Positions 8,949-18,799 are shown, numbered from the stretch's first letter. The stretch is DNA of 32,000 nt from Candidatus Electronema halotolerans (GCA_942493095.1 OW818675.1:1350001-1382000), one strand, 5' to 3'. Numbers and translations are program-made. Notes: generated from the sequence alone by a model not told the origin.

Positions 8949-11090
8949 TCACAGCAGCAGTTGATAGACCGCTTGAAGTGATTTGCTGCGGTAATTGGCA
9001 GGCAAAATAATTTGCACTGGTGTTTCCCGCCAAGCGGTTCCATCACCAAGCTGACCTTCATCGTTGCTTCCCCATGCCCAGAACGTACCGTCCTGCTTCA
9101 GGGCAACTGTGTGAGAATATCCCGCACTCACTGCCTGCCACGTGCTGTCGGCACCGATCTGCACAGGACTGTTTTTGCTCTCTGTTGTGCTGTCGCCGAG
9201 CTGTCCGTAACTGTTGCGTCCCCACGCCCAAAGCGTGCCGTCAGCTTTCAGGGCAACAGTATGATCCCATCCCGCACTCACCGCCTGCCACGTATCCGTG
9301 CCAATCTGCACCGGACTGGTTTTTTGTTCGGTTGTTCCGTCACCCAATTGACCGTAAGAGTTAGCCCCCACGCCCAGAGACTGCCGTCAGCTTTCAGGGC
9401 AACAGTATGATCCCATCCAGCACTTACCGCCTGCCACTGATCTGTGCCGATTTGCACCGGACTGGTTCTTTGTTCGGTTGTTCCGTCGCCCAACTCTCCG
9501 TCATAGTTCGATCCCCACGCCCAGAGGGCACCGTCTGACTTCAGCGCAACAATATAATAACCACCAGCAGCCACCGACTGCCACGTATCTGTGCCGATTT
9601 GCACCGGACTGCTTTTGTTCCCCGTTGTTCCGTCTCCCAACTCTCCGTCATAGTTCCATCCCCACGCCCAGAGTGTACCGTCCTGCTTCAGCGCGACCGT
9701 ATGAGAAGAACCCGCAGCCACCGCCTGCCACGTATCTGTGCCGATTTGCACCGGGTTGCTTTTGTTCTCCGTTGTGCCGTCGCCAAGCTGGCCAGAGTGG
9801 TTCCATCCCCACGCCCAGAGTGTACCGTCAGCTTTCGGGGCAACTGTGAGAATATCTCGCACTCACCGCCTGCCACGTATCCATGCCGATTTGCACCGGG
9901 CTGCTTTTGTTCTCCGTTGTGCCGTCGCCAAGCTGGCCGTACAAGTTCCATCCCCACGCCCAGAGTGTACCGTCAGCTTTCAGGGCAACTGTGTGAGAAT
10001 ATCTCGCACTCACCGCCTGCCACGTATCCATGCCGATCTGCACAGGGCTGCTTTTGCGTCCTGTTATTCCATTGCCTATCTGACCGGAATTGTTTTGTCC
10101 CCACGCCCAGAGCGTACCGTCCTGCTTCAGGGCAACTGTGTGTGAGAACTTGCGGCCACTGCCTGCCATGTATCCGTGCTAATCTGCACCGGACTGCTTT
10201 TGCTCTCCGTTGTGCCGTCGCCGAGCTGTCCGTAGCTGTTGTATCCCCATGCCCAAAGCGTACCGTTCTGCTTCAGGGCCAGTATGATAACCCCCAGCTA
10301 TCACGCTCTGCCAGTTGTTGTCCGTGCCGATCCGCACCGGACTGTTTTTATTGTCCGTTGTGCCGTCACCAAGCTGGCCACAGTAGCTGTGTCCCCACGC
10401 CCAGAGCCTGCCGTCAGCTTTCAGGGCAACTGTGTGGACAATCCCTGCGCTCACCGCCTGCCACGTATCCGTGCCAATCTGCACCGGACTGGTTTTTTGT
10501 TCGGTTGTTCCGTCACCCAATTGACCGTAAGAGTTAGCCCCCCACGCCCAGAGACTGCCGCTATCCTTCAGGGCAACTGTGTGGAGAGATCCTGGCGCTG
10601 ACTGGCTCGCCACGTTAATATCTGTACTGACCTTCACTGGGCTGCTTTGCTCTCCGTCAGGCTGTCGCCGAGCTGTCCGTAGCTGTTGTATCCCCACGCC
10701 CAGAGTGTGCCGTCAGCTTTCAGGGCAATTGTGTGAGAACCACCAGCCGCCACCGCCTGCCACGTATCTATCCTGATCTGCACCGGACTGTTTTTATCGT
10801 CCGCTGTGCCGTCGCCGAGCTGTCCGTAGCTGTTGTATCCCCACGCCCAGAGGTGGTCGTCAGCTTTCAGGGTAACTGTGTGAGAATATCCCGCACTCAC
10901 CGACTGCCACGTATCCGTACCGATCTGGACTGGCCTGTTTTTATCGTCCGTTGTGCCGTCACCAAGCTGGCCATAGTAGTTGTGTCCCTCACGCCCAAAG
11001 CGTGCCGTCATCCTTCAGCACAACAGTGTGATCATCTCCGGCAGCCACTTCAACAACAGCGGCCTGCGTTTCCTGCGCAAGGCCAAACAG
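8949..11090 (-). repeat. Tandem array of ~14 RCC1-coding units of ~150 bp
   Basis: Recurring + strand motifs 'gcagctttcagggcaactgtgtgag', 'tgccacgtatccgtgccgatttgcaccggactg' and 'ccgtcgccgagctgtccgtagctgtt' at ~150-bp spacing. Confidence 0.9.
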
Positions 11091-11132
11091 CGCAAGCACG
11101 CCGAAAAAAAGATAATATTTCCAAAGCCTCAC
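8949..11132 (-). pseudogene. Secreted RCC1 (regulator of chromosome condensation/BLIP-II-like) repeat protein gene, interrupted by several frameshifting indels
   Basis: GTG start at 11132 with AGGAG upstream. Signal peptide MRLWKYYLFFGVLALFGLAQETQA, then repeated units of the form W(Q)[47 protein letters not shown] in ORF fragments 10634-11011, 10179-10697, 9828-10169, 9278-9862 and 8949-9371. Confidence 0.85.
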
Positions 11133-11318
11133 TGCATTCTCCTGTAAAACAAGGTATTGTAAGAGCAGGCAATCTAACGCCTGATTTGTTGCAATTTTTT
11201 TTCAAAGCCGACTATCACAGTCGCTTCTGCCAACCAGCAAACCAATTTTTTCCAATTTTGACAAGCAAAAAAGGCTCTCCGATAATTTCCGGGGTTGTAA
11301 TTCCAGTGCTTTTGGTGA

Positions 11319-11496
11319 ATTCAAGTTCCAAGTGCAACTTTTTTTGGTTGCAAGAAAAGGCAGTTACGGGAGTGTCACAACTTTGCTTTTGTCGCTAACT
11401 AAGAGAAAATAATTGAAAATTTACATGAAGTATTCAAAGTGCCAGCCAACCTATGCTTTTTGGATAACCAAAAAAAGTTGCACTTGCGAGTTGAAT
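11319..11496. repeat. Short inverted-repeat element
   Basis: Perfect 21-nt inverted repeat CAAGTGCAACTTTTTTTGGTT (11329-11349) and AACCAAAAAAAGTTGCACTTG (11466-11486), with imperfect extension outward (gaattcaagttc / gcgagttgaatc). Confidence 0.6.
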
Positions 11497-11590
11497 CCAC
11501 AACTCACTTTACGGAGTAGTTGTCTCAGTAATGCTAACCAATCGGTATCACATAATTTTCGAGACAGCAACACTCAACAAGGGCACCACC

Positions 11591-11799
11591 CGATTTTGTC
11601 AACCACAGAAAAACTCGGAGAGCCAAACATTTTTGAAGCGATCAAAGATGCTTTCCTTGGAAGTCCTTTTATCCCCGATGCCGCAGTATAAAAAACGAGT
11701 AAGGCCGTCTTCAGCACTTCTGAAAACGGCCTTTTTTGTCAGGCTGAGTAGTTACCATAGAATAACGATTTTGTCAACCACAGAAAAACTCGGAGAGCC
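11591..11799. repeat. 34-nt exact direct repeat (11591-11624 and 11766-11799)
   Basis: cgattttgtcaaccacagaaaaactcggagagcc occurs identically at both positions, 175 bp apart. Confidence 0.85.
11701..11737 (+). terminator. Terminator-like hairpin
   Basis: AAGGCCGTCTTCAGCACTTCTGAAAACGGCCTTTTTT; strong stem with T-run. Confidence 0.6.
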
Positions 11800-11801
11800 G
11801 C

Positions 11802-11835
11802 AAAAAAGCCCCTGCCGCAATTGGCAGAGGCTTTT
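11802..11835 (-). terminator. Rho-independent terminator of the HPF/cold-shock gene
   Basis: Minus strand AAAAGCCTCTGCCAATTGCGGCAGGGGCTTTTTT; near-identical to the hairpin at 8871-8906. Confidence 0.7.
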
Positions 11836-11862
11836 CATGCGCTGCTGAGAAGAAAGAAGGAA

Positions 11863-12402
11863 TCAGGCCGCCTTGACCCAGACTGCCTGCAAGCCCCTGT
11901 CGCCTTCCTCCATTGCCAAGCTCACGCCTGCGCCCTCCTCCAGCTCGGCCATGCTGATGTCCTTCAGCGAATTGGCATGGAAAAAGACCTCCTGATCATC
12001 CAAGGTCATGATGAAGCCGTACTCGTCAAAGAGCCGCTGCACCGTGCCCTTGGTGTCGCCGCCCGGCACGCCGCCCTGCGTCTTGACGCTGACTTGATGC
12101 TTGTGATTGTGCTTCTTTTTGACAATATCTTTGAGCTGCAGACCAAGAACGTCAAAGGTCTCCACCAGCAGGGGATGCACTTTCTCACCCCAGCGCTTGA
12201 CCACCACAGTGTCGTTGGGCACTGAGGCGACAATGCTGACCTCGTAGCCGCCTTCCTTGTAGCCGGGCGTGGCCTCAATGCTGACCCGCAGATGAAGCAC
12301 GAAGTTGGCGTAATGCCGGACGAGCTTTTCCCTCTCCTCTTCGATCTTCTCCTGCCAGCCGGCCCGCATGTCAAGATTTCTGGTCTCAACTTTCAGATCC
12401 AT
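11863..12402 (-). CDS. Ribosome hibernation/sigma-54 modulation (HPF/RaiA-like) domain fused to a C-terminal cold-shock domain
   Basis: MDLKVETRNLDMRAGWQEKIEEEREKLVRHYANFVLHLRVSIE...VKKKHNHKHQ... then GGDTKGTVQRLFDEYGFIMTLDDQEVFFHANSL...GAGVSLAMEEGDRGLQAVWVKAA. An upstream in-frame ATG at 12414 is an alternative start. Confidence 0.85.
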   Translation of the reverse strand: MDLKVETRNLDMRAGWQEKIEEEREKLVRHYANFVLHLRVSIEATPGYKEGGYEVSIVASVPNDTVVVKRWGEKVHPLLVETFDVLGLQLKDIVKKKHNHKHQVSVKTQGGVPGGDTKGTVQRLFDEYGFIMTLDDQEVFFHANSLKDISMAELEEGAGVSLAMEEGDRGLQAVWVKAA

Positions 12403-12747
12403 TATTTCCTCCAAGTTTTCAGCGTCAGCGACCCCATGCCGCTGCCTTGTTGTGCAGCTGTGCTGCTGCCTCCGTGGTTATCGCAATCGGCCAACCATGA
12501 CTGCGCCCTCCTGAGATGCCTCAGCCGAACAGGCTGAGATTGTGGAATCTGGAAAAAGGACGGAACAGGAAAGGATTGCGCGGCACCAGCGGAACGCAGC
12601 CGGTGTCCGGCGGTGAATGTCAGTCTTACCATATTGTTATTATAGACATTGAACTGCAAACAGGCAAGCCTTAAAAACGACATTTTCTTGACTCTGGCAG
12701 CAGAATCTTGGTACTCTGCCTGCATCAAGATCAACAGGAGACTGACA

Positions 12748-13695
12748 ATGAACCGCAAAACCGGAGTGCTGCTCCTTAACATGGGCGGGCCGCGACGGCA
12801 GCAGGATGTGCTGCCGTTTCTGCGCAATCTTTTTTCTGACCGGCAGATCATCTGCCTTGGCCCGGCCTTGCTCCAGAAGCCGCTGGCCGCCCTGATTGCC
12901 CGCCGCCGTGCGCCCAAGAGCATGGCCAATTACCAGAAAATCGGCGGCGGCTCGCCCATTGCTGAAATCACCAGCCGCCAAGCTGCGGCCTTGGAGCAGC
13001 TCTTGGCAGCAGAAGGTGACTTCATGGTTTGTCCGGCCATGCGCTACTGGCATCCTTTCACTGCTGCCGCCCTGCAAGAAATGGCTGCTGCCGGTGTGAC
13101 CGAGCTGGTCGGCCTGCCGCTTTATCCTCAGTACAGCCGGGCGACCAACGGCTCCTCGCTTCATGATCTGCATGAGCAGAACCAAAAGCTGGGCCTGCAT
13201 CTGCCGGTGCGGGAAATCCGCTCCTGGCCGACTGAGCCGGACTACATTGCCAGCCTTGCCGCCCGCATTGAGGAAGGGCTGGCCCGCTTCAACGGCAGCC
13301 AAGCGCAGGTGGTGTACAGCGCACACAGCCTGCCGCAAAAGTTTATTGACGAGGGCGACCCCTATCTTGATGAACTCCGCCAAACCATTGCCGCTCTGGA
13401 AAAGCAGACCGGCAGACAGGGCAAACTCTGCTTTCAGAGCCGCAGCGGCCCGGTGCGCTGGCTGGAGCCATCCACCGAGGACATGCTGATCCAGCTTGCT
13501 GCCGAGGGCTGCAAAAACATTCTCATGGTGCCGATTGCCTTTGTCTCGGATCATATTGAAACGCTGTATGAAATCGACATGCTCTACAAAGGCCGGGCTG
13601 AAGAGCTTGGCATGTGGCTCGAATCGACAAAAGGCTTGAATGACGAGCCGCAGTTCATCCGTGCTCTGGGTAATCTGGTTTTGGCCGCCGTCTGA
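12748..13695 (+). CDS. hemH: Ferrochelatase
   Basis: MNRKTGVLLLNMGGPRRQQDVLPFLRNLFSDRQII...GLPLYPQYSRATNGSS...VVYSAHSLPQKFIDEGDPYLDEL...CFQSRSGPVRWLEPSTEDML...FVSDHIETLYEIDM. Confidence 0.95.
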   Translation: MNRKTGVLLLNMGGPRRQQDVLPFLRNLFSDRQIICLGPALLQKPLAALIARRRAPKSMANYQKIGGGSPIAEITSRQAAALEQLLAAEGDFMVCPAMRYWHPFTAAALQEMAAAGVTELVGLPLYPQYSRATNGSSLHDLHEQNQKLGLHLPVREIRSWPTEPDYIASLAARIEEGLARFNGSQAQVVYSAHSLPQKFIDEGDPYLDELRQTIAALEKQTGRQGKLCFQSRSGPVRWLEPSTEDMLIQLAAEGCKNILMVPIAFVSDHIETLYEIDMLYKGRAEELGMWLESTKGLNDEPQFIRALGNLVLAAV

Positions 13696-13701
13696 TTCTG
13701 C

Positions 13702-14607
13702 TCAGGCCGCTTCCGCCATCATCATATCCTGCTGCGGCTGCTGCGCCAAGAGCGGCCAGCCCATTGCCTCGCGCTGGGCCACATAGTGCTGGGCCACCTG
13801 CCGGGCAATGTTGCGAATCCGGCCTATGTAGCGGGTCCGCTCGGCCACGCTGATTGCCTTGCGGGCATCAAGCAGGTTGAAGGTGTGCGAGCATTTCAGG
13901 CAATGGTCATAAGCGGGCAGAATCAAGTCCTTTTCCAAGAGATTGAGCGCGTCCCGCTCCCAGTTGTTGAAGTTGGTGATCAGGTCCGGGACATTGGCCT
14001 CTTCAAAGTTGAAGGTGGAGAACTCGCGTTCGGCTTGCAGGAATATCTGGCCGTAGCTCACCTCCCGGTTCCACATGATATCATAGACCGATTCTTTTTT
14101 CTGGAGATACATGGCCAGCCGCTCCAAGCCGTAGGTGATTTCCACGGTCACTGGATACAGTTCCAGCGAGCCGGCCTGCTGGAAATAGGTGAACTGGGTC
14201 ACTTCCATGCCGTCTAACCAGACTTCCCAGCCCAAGCCGGACGCGCCAAGCGTGGGCGATTCCCAGTCATCCTCGACAAAACGGATGTCATGCTCCAGCA
14301 AGTTGAGGCCGAATTTGCGCAGGCTGCCCAGATACAGCTCCTGAATATTGTGCAGCGATGGTTTGATCACCACCTGATATTGATAATAATGCTGCAAGCG
14401 GTTGGGATTTTCGCCGTAGCGTCCGTCAGTCGGACGGCGGGAGGGCTGAATGTAGGCCGCTTTCCACGGCTCTGGGCCAAGCGCTCTGAGCAGGGTGGCA
14501 GGATGAAAGGTGCCTGCGCCGACTTCCATGTCATAAGGCTGCATGATGACGCAGCCGACAGATGCCCAATACGTGTTGAGAGCAGCGATGATGTCTTGAA
14601 AATACAT
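13702..14607 (-). CDS. glyQ: Glycyl-tRNA synthetase alpha subunit
   Basis: [84 protein letters not shown]... Confidence 0.98.
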   Translation of the reverse strand: MYFQDIIAALNTYWASVGCVIMQPYDMEVGAGTFHPATLLRALGPEPWKAAYIQPSRRPTDGRYGENPNRLQHYYQYQVVIKPSLHNIQELYLGSLRKFGLNLLEHDIRFVEDDWESPTLGASGLGWEVWLDGMEVTQFTYFQQAGSLELYPVTVEITYGLERLAMYLQKKESVYDIMWNREVSYGQIFLQAEREFSTFNFEEANVPDLITNFNNWERDALNLLEKDLILPAYDHCLKCSHTFNLLDARKAISVAERTRYIGRIRNIARQVAQHYVAQREAMGWPLLAQQPQQDMMMAEAA

Positions 14608-14676
14608 GGCCGAAACCCCTCCTGCCGGTTGAAATTGACGGTCTGCGCCGCATGACGCAGGGTGCAGGACAGTATT

Positions 14677-15117
14677 ATGGTACTTTTTTTCCCTTTGTCA
14701 ATTATGTTCCCTTTTTTCCCGCCGCCTGAACTTGTCCGCCTCCTCGGCCAAAGCCGCACTGTGGCCGTGGTCGGCCTGTCGCCCAATCCCAAGCGGCCCA
14801 GTCACCAAGTCGCTTCGTATTTGCAGACCGCCGGATACCAGATCATTCCGGTCAATCCTGGCTTTGCGGAAATTCTTGGCCAGCCCTGTCATCCTGACCT
14901 GCGTTCTGTGTCAGTGCCTGTTGATATTGTCGATATTTTCCGCAAGGCTGAGGCAGTGGAGCCGATTGTCCGCGAAGCCATTGCCATTGGCGCAAAAGTG
15001 ATCTGGATGCAGCAGGGCATTGTCAACGAAACAGCAGCCCGGCTGGCCGAAGAAGCTGGCTTGACCGTCATCATGGACCGCTGCCTGAAGATTGAGCTGG
15101 AACGGCTGCGCCGCTGA
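14677..15117 (+). CDS. CoA-binding domain protein (YccU-like)
   Basis: [59 protein letters not shown]...[35 protein letters not shown]; start ambiguous (14662, 14677 or 14704). Confidence 0.85.
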   Translation: MVLFFPLSIMFPFFPPPELVRLLGQSRTVAVVGLSPNPKRPSHQVASYLQTAGYQIIPVNPGFAEILGQPCHPDLRSVSVPVDIVDIFRKAEAVEPIVREAIAIGAKVIWMQQGIVNETAARLAEEAGLTVIMDRCLKIELERLRR

Positions 15118-15214
15118 TGCGCTTTCCCATTGCTCGAAACGGCTATCTGGCGTATAGTTTCTGCTGAGTTTTTTGCATGCAGAGAAAAAAAACGCAACAG
15201 CGAGGTGAAACGGC

Positions 15215-15790
15215 ATGAAAGTAGTGGCATTCAACGGCAGCGCCCGCAAGGGCGGCAACACAGAGCAGCTCATCCGTTATGTGTTTGAGGAGCTGGAAAA
15301 GGAAGGCATTGACACGGAATTGGTCAATTTGGCTGGGCAGCATCCGCACGGCTGCATTGCCTGCTATCAGTGCTTTGCCAAGAAAAACCGCCGCTGCGCT
15401 GTGGATATCGACTGCATCAACGACTGCATCGCCAAGATGGATGAGGCGGACGGCATTATTCTCGGCTCGCCCACCTATTTCGCGGACATGAGTTCTGAGA
15501 TGAAGGCCCTGATTGACCGCAGCGGCATGGTTTCGCGGGCCAACGGCGACATGCACCAGCGCAAGGTCGGAGCGGCGGTGGTGGCCTACCGCCGGGGCGG
15601 AGCAATTCATGTCTTTGATTCCATCAATCATTTTTTCACCATCGGCCAGATGATCACGGTCGGCGCATCGTACTGGAATATCGGCAAAGGCCGGGAAAAA
15701 GGCGAGGTGGCTGACGATGCTGAAGGCGTGGCCACCATGCGCAGTCTCGGCCAGAACATGGCCTGGCTGCTCAAGAAACTCCACGGCTGA
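15215..15790 (+). CDS. NADPH-dependent FMN reductase / iron-sulfur flavoprotein-like flavodoxin-fold protein
   Basis: MKVVAFNGSARKGGNTEQLIRYVFEELEKEGIDTELVNLAGQHPHGCIACYQCFAKKNRRCAVD...IILGSPTYFADMSSEMKALIDRSG. Confidence 0.9.
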   Translation: MKVVAFNGSARKGGNTEQLIRYVFEELEKEGIDTELVNLAGQHPHGCIACYQCFAKKNRRCAVDIDCINDCIAKMDEADGIILGSPTYFADMSSEMKALIDRSGMVSRANGDMHQRKVGAAVVAYRRGGAIHVFDSINHFFTIGQMITVGASYWNIGKGREKGEVADDAEGVATMRSLGQNMAWLLKKLHG

Positions 15791-15938
15791 AGGGCTGGGG
15801 AAAACAAAATAACCTTTGACCGCAGGGCCTTCCGTGCCATATAACAAATACAGGCATATCAGTCGCAGCCAGCAGTTCCCCAGCAGATGACGCTGCTGCG
15901 GGCTGCTTTTGCGAAAACAGGCGGGAAGGAGAGTCGTC

Positions 15939-16955
15939 ATGCTGGTCATCTGCGAAGAATGCGCGAAAAAATACCACGTTGACGCGAACAAGATCAAAGG
16001 CGCACGGGCGAAATTCACCTGCAAGGTCTGCGGTCATATCATCGTGGTGGAAAAACCCAAGCCGGAGGCTGCGCCTGCGCCCGACCCCAGCCCATCCGCC
16101 TTGGAAACAGACGGCAAGGCTGAAGCCGAAAAAGCTGCGCAGCAGCCGTCGGCTGTCCCCGCTTTGGCCAAGGGCAGAGGGCGGCCTTTTGTTTTTTATC
16201 TGCTGACCGCTGCCGCCGCTGGTCTGCTGACAACAGGCTGCGCCTTCATCCTGCTCTATTTCAAATATGTGCCGGAGCTGGTTCAGCCAGAGATGGAGCT
16301 GCGCAGTCTGGCAGTGGCCACCTCCCTGCGGCAGACAGTTTCCAAGCCTCTGCAACGCAAGGATTATTTGGTGGTCAATCAGGAGGCCAAACGTGCCGCC
16401 AAACTGCCCGGCATTGCTTATGCGGCAGTGGTTGATGAAAAAGGAGCTGTGGTGGCGGGCGTTTTCAACAGCATGAGCAGCTTTGACAGTCAGTTCATCC
16501 GCCAAGTGAATGACAAGGGGTTTCCTGTTGAAGTGCTGGCCCAGAACGGCCTCAAGGCCGGGGCCAAGGAGGGCAGCGTCCGCATCAGCATGGGCGGCCA
16601 GCCAATGCATGACCGGGTGCTGGCCCTTGCCGCAACCGATGGCGAGGTGCATGTTGGCATTTTTGCCGCTGAAATGGAGAGCGCAGTGTGGAGCACCCTG
16701 CTTTCGCCGCTGCTCTTTGTGCCCTTGGCCATAGCCCTGCTGTTCATCTTTCTGCTCACGGTCCTGGTGAATGGGCTGATTGCCCGGCCAGCCCGCAGCT
16801 TGACTGGCACAGCCAACCGAATCAGTCTGGGCGAGCTGGACTTGGCCATTGCTGCGGAAGGGAGCCGGGAACTTCGCGACCTCAGCATGGCCTTGGAGCG
16901 GATGCGGCATTCTGTCAGAATCGCAGTGGAGAGACTGAACAAGCCGCCGCGTTAA
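15939..16955 (+). CDS. Membrane protein: N-terminal zinc ribbon (MJ0042-like), TM, extracytoplasmic region, TM, HAMP-like C-terminus
   Basis: MLVICEECAKKYHVDANKIKGARAKFTCKVCGHIIVVEKP...FYLLTAAAAGLLTTGCAFILLYF...LLFVPLAIALLFIFLLTVLVNGLIARPARSLTGTANRISLGELDLAIAAEGSRELRDLSMALERM; SD ggaaggag upstream of ATG 15939. Confidence 0.75.
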   Translation: MLVICEECAKKYHVDANKIKGARAKFTCKVCGHIIVVEKPKPEAAPAPDPSPSALETDGKAEAEKAAQQPSAVPALAKGRGRPFVFYLLTAAAAGLLTTGCAFILLYFKYVPELVQPEMELRSLAVATSLRQTVSKPLQRKDYLVVNQEAKRAAKLPGIAYAAVVDEKGAVVAGVFNSMSSFDSQFIRQVNDKGFPVEVLAQNGLKAGAKEGSVRISMGGQPMHDRVLALAATDGEVHVGIFAAEMESAVWSTLLSPLLFVPLAIALLFIFLLTVLVNGLIARPARSLTGTANRISLGELDLAIAAEGSRELRDLSMALERMRHSVRIAVERLNKPPR

Positions 16956-16960
16956 GACGA

Positions 16961-17788
16961 ATGAAGCGCATTCTTCTCCTGCTGCCAGCTCTGCTTGCTC
17001 TTGCGCATGGGACGGTGCTGTGCGCGGCAGAGAGCTACACGCTCTCCATGCTGCCGGTTCAGCCGCCGGAGGAGCTGACGGCCATGCTCACGCCCTTGGC
17101 CGCCCGCCTGAGCACGGCGACCGGCAACAACATCCGTCCGGTGCTGACTGACAATGCGGCAGCGTATGAGGCCGGGCTGCTGCGGGGCAACATTGTCATT
17201 GGCTATGAAAGCCCGATGGTCTATGTCAATGCCTCCAGTCAGCACGAGGTGCTGGCCACAGCAGTGCAGGGCAAGGACGGCCCGCAGCAGCAGGGCCTGA
17301 TCATCAGCCGGTCTGATGCAGGAATTGCCGCGCCTCAGGACCTGAAAGGCAAAACTGTCATGATCACCAGCCGCTCGTCCGCAGCCGGATATCTCTCGCA
17401 GAAGCTGTTCCTCAAAAAGGCGGGGCTTGATCTGGAGCGGGACTGCCTTTTGATTGAAGCGGCGGCAGGCCGGGGCGAAAACGTGGTCATTGGCGTGAGT
17501 CTTGGCGATGCTGAGGCCGGTTTTGTCAGCAAGGCAGCTTGGCAGCAGGCTGCGGAATTCATCAAGCCAGGCTCGGTCAAGCAGGTCATGACCGGCGCTC
17601 CCCTGCCGAACTGGGCCTTGTCAGTCAGCCGCCGCATGCCGGAAGAGCAGAAAGAGGAACTCCGGGCTGTCCTGACCCGGCTTCCCAAGGAGGATGCCGC
17701 GCTTCAGGCATTGGGAGTCACGGCCTTCAAAGCCGCTGAAGACGCAGAGTATGACATCATCCGCCATCTTGCCGAAAATAATAACTGA
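16961..17788 (+). CDS. PhnD-like phosphate/phosphonate-type periplasmic substrate-binding protein
   Basis: Signal peptide MKRILLLLPALLALAHGTVLCA, then ESYTLSMLPVQPPEELTAMLTPLAARLSTATGNNIRPVLTDNAAAYEAGLLRGNIVIGYESPMVYV...DLKGKTVMITSRSSAAGYLSQKLFLKKAG. True start is ATG 16961 rather than 16688. Confidence 0.8.
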   Translation: MKRILLLLPALLALAHGTVLCAAESYTLSMLPVQPPEELTAMLTPLAARLSTATGNNIRPVLTDNAAAYEAGLLRGNIVIGYESPMVYVNASSQHEVLATAVQGKDGPQQQGLIISRSDAGIAAPQDLKGKTVMITSRSSAAGYLSQKLFLKKAGLDLERDCLLIEAAAGRGENVVIGVSLGDAEAGFVSKAAWQQAAEFIKPGSVKQVMTGAPLPNWALSVSRRMPEEQKEELRAVLTRLPKEDAALQALGVTAFKAAEDAEYDIIRHLAENNN

Positions 17789-17791
17789 CTC

Positions 17792-18799
17792 ATGCTTTTG
17801 CCACGGGAAAAGCCCTTTCTGAGCGGCTTGAACAGCTACTACTTGGATGTTGAAAAATTTATTCAGCATCTGCAAGGGGAAATCGGCAGCGGCTGTCTGC
17901 ACGGCCAAGGCGCGGATCAGGAACTGATGGTCTATTTCGATGAATCAGACATTGTCCGCAGCCTGACCCAGAACAACGGCGAACATGCTGTAGCCTCGGA
18001 GCGGCTGGATCATGTCTTGGCTGCCTTGGTGCAGCGCAATTTCCAGATCACCATCTATTTCCTTGATGCGGATTCGATTTTTTTCTGGGGCCAGCTGTCC
18101 GCCTTCCGCCGGGCCAAGGAGCAGCTGGCCGCCTCCAAAGTCAGCCTGCCAGACTTGGTCTTCCGCCTGCACAAGAAAAATTTCTCTGGGTTCATTGAAG
18201 TGGATGTCAAGGGACGAACAGACTGCGCAGTGCTCTTCTTTCACCAAGGAGAGCGGAGAGGCGGCTCCTATTGCTGGGGCACGGGCGGCCTCAGCATTGC
18301 TGATGACGACTACAACACCTTGGTGGCCATGCTCCAGAAGAGCGGCGGCACATACAGCTTGGGCTATTTCATTGACGAGCCATTGGAAACCGCTCCAGCA
18401 GTGGAATCTGCTGCGGCAGAGAAGGAAGCTCCAGCCGGGTCGGCAGCGCGGCAGCTGACAGAACTTGATCAGGCAGTGAGCGCATTTGTCCGCACCTTCA
18501 CCAAGGTGGCTGCGGCCAAGCACGATCTTGAGCCGCTGCTGGAGCTGAAGCTGAAATTTATTGACTTTGTCTCCATTTATCCGGTGCTTGATCCGTACAA
18601 CAAAGCCTGCCTGCTCCACGAGGACGGCAGCGTCACCTTTGCCGATGATCAGGCTGCCAAAGAGGGCGCGGAAGGCATTGTTGACTGCGCCTGGATGGTT
18701 ATTGAGGAGCAGAAGCTGCATAAAAAGTTTCTTGCCGCCCTGAAGAACATGCCGGACAGGGAACTCTTTGCGCAACAGGGCATTGAGCTGGAACGCTGA
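17792..18799 (+). CDS. Hypothetical protein, no recognised domain
   Basis: 335-aa ORF starting 4 nt after the PhnD-like stop codon: MLLPREKPFLSGLNSYYLDVEKFIQHLQGEIGSGC...KKNFSGFIEVDVKGRTDCAVLFFHQGER... Confidence 0.65.
   Translation: MLLPREKPFLSGLNSYYLDVEKFIQHLQGEIGSGCLHGQGADQELMVYFDESDIVRSLTQNNGEHAVASERLDHVLAALVQRNFQITIYFLDADSIFFWGQLSAFRRAKEQLAASKVSLPDLVFRLHKKNFSGFIEVDVKGRTDCAVLFFHQGERRGGSYCWGTGGLSIADDDYNTLVAMLQKSGGTYSLGYFIDEPLETAPAVESAAAEKEAPAGSAARQLTELDQAVSAFVRTFTKVAAAKHDLEPLLELKLKFIDFVSIYPVLDPYNKACLLHEDGSVTFADDQAAKEGAEGIVDCAWMVIEEQKLHKKFLAALKNMPDRELFAQQGIELER

Noticed and set aside
10137-10144. Programmed ribosomal frameshifting as explanation for the RCC1 frame changes
   Set aside because: Six separate events at differing motifs, with +1, -1, +2 and -2 changes and no slippery-site/stimulator pattern, fit indels far better than recoding.
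8949-11132. Regular ~150-bp repeats that might suggest a CRISPR or satellite array
   Set aside because: Repeat units translate into RCC1 propeller blades; there are no short identical repeats with unique spacers, and no cas genes nearby.
13702-14607. glyQ without adjacent glyS as an oddity
   Set aside because: The alpha and beta subunit genes are not always adjacent, and the window cannot show whether glyS is elsewhere.
15143-16910. Minus-strand ORFs 15143-16024 and 15771-16910
   Set aside because: Antisense to the FMN reductase and HAMP-protein genes, which have Shine-Dalgarno sequences and clear domain signatures.
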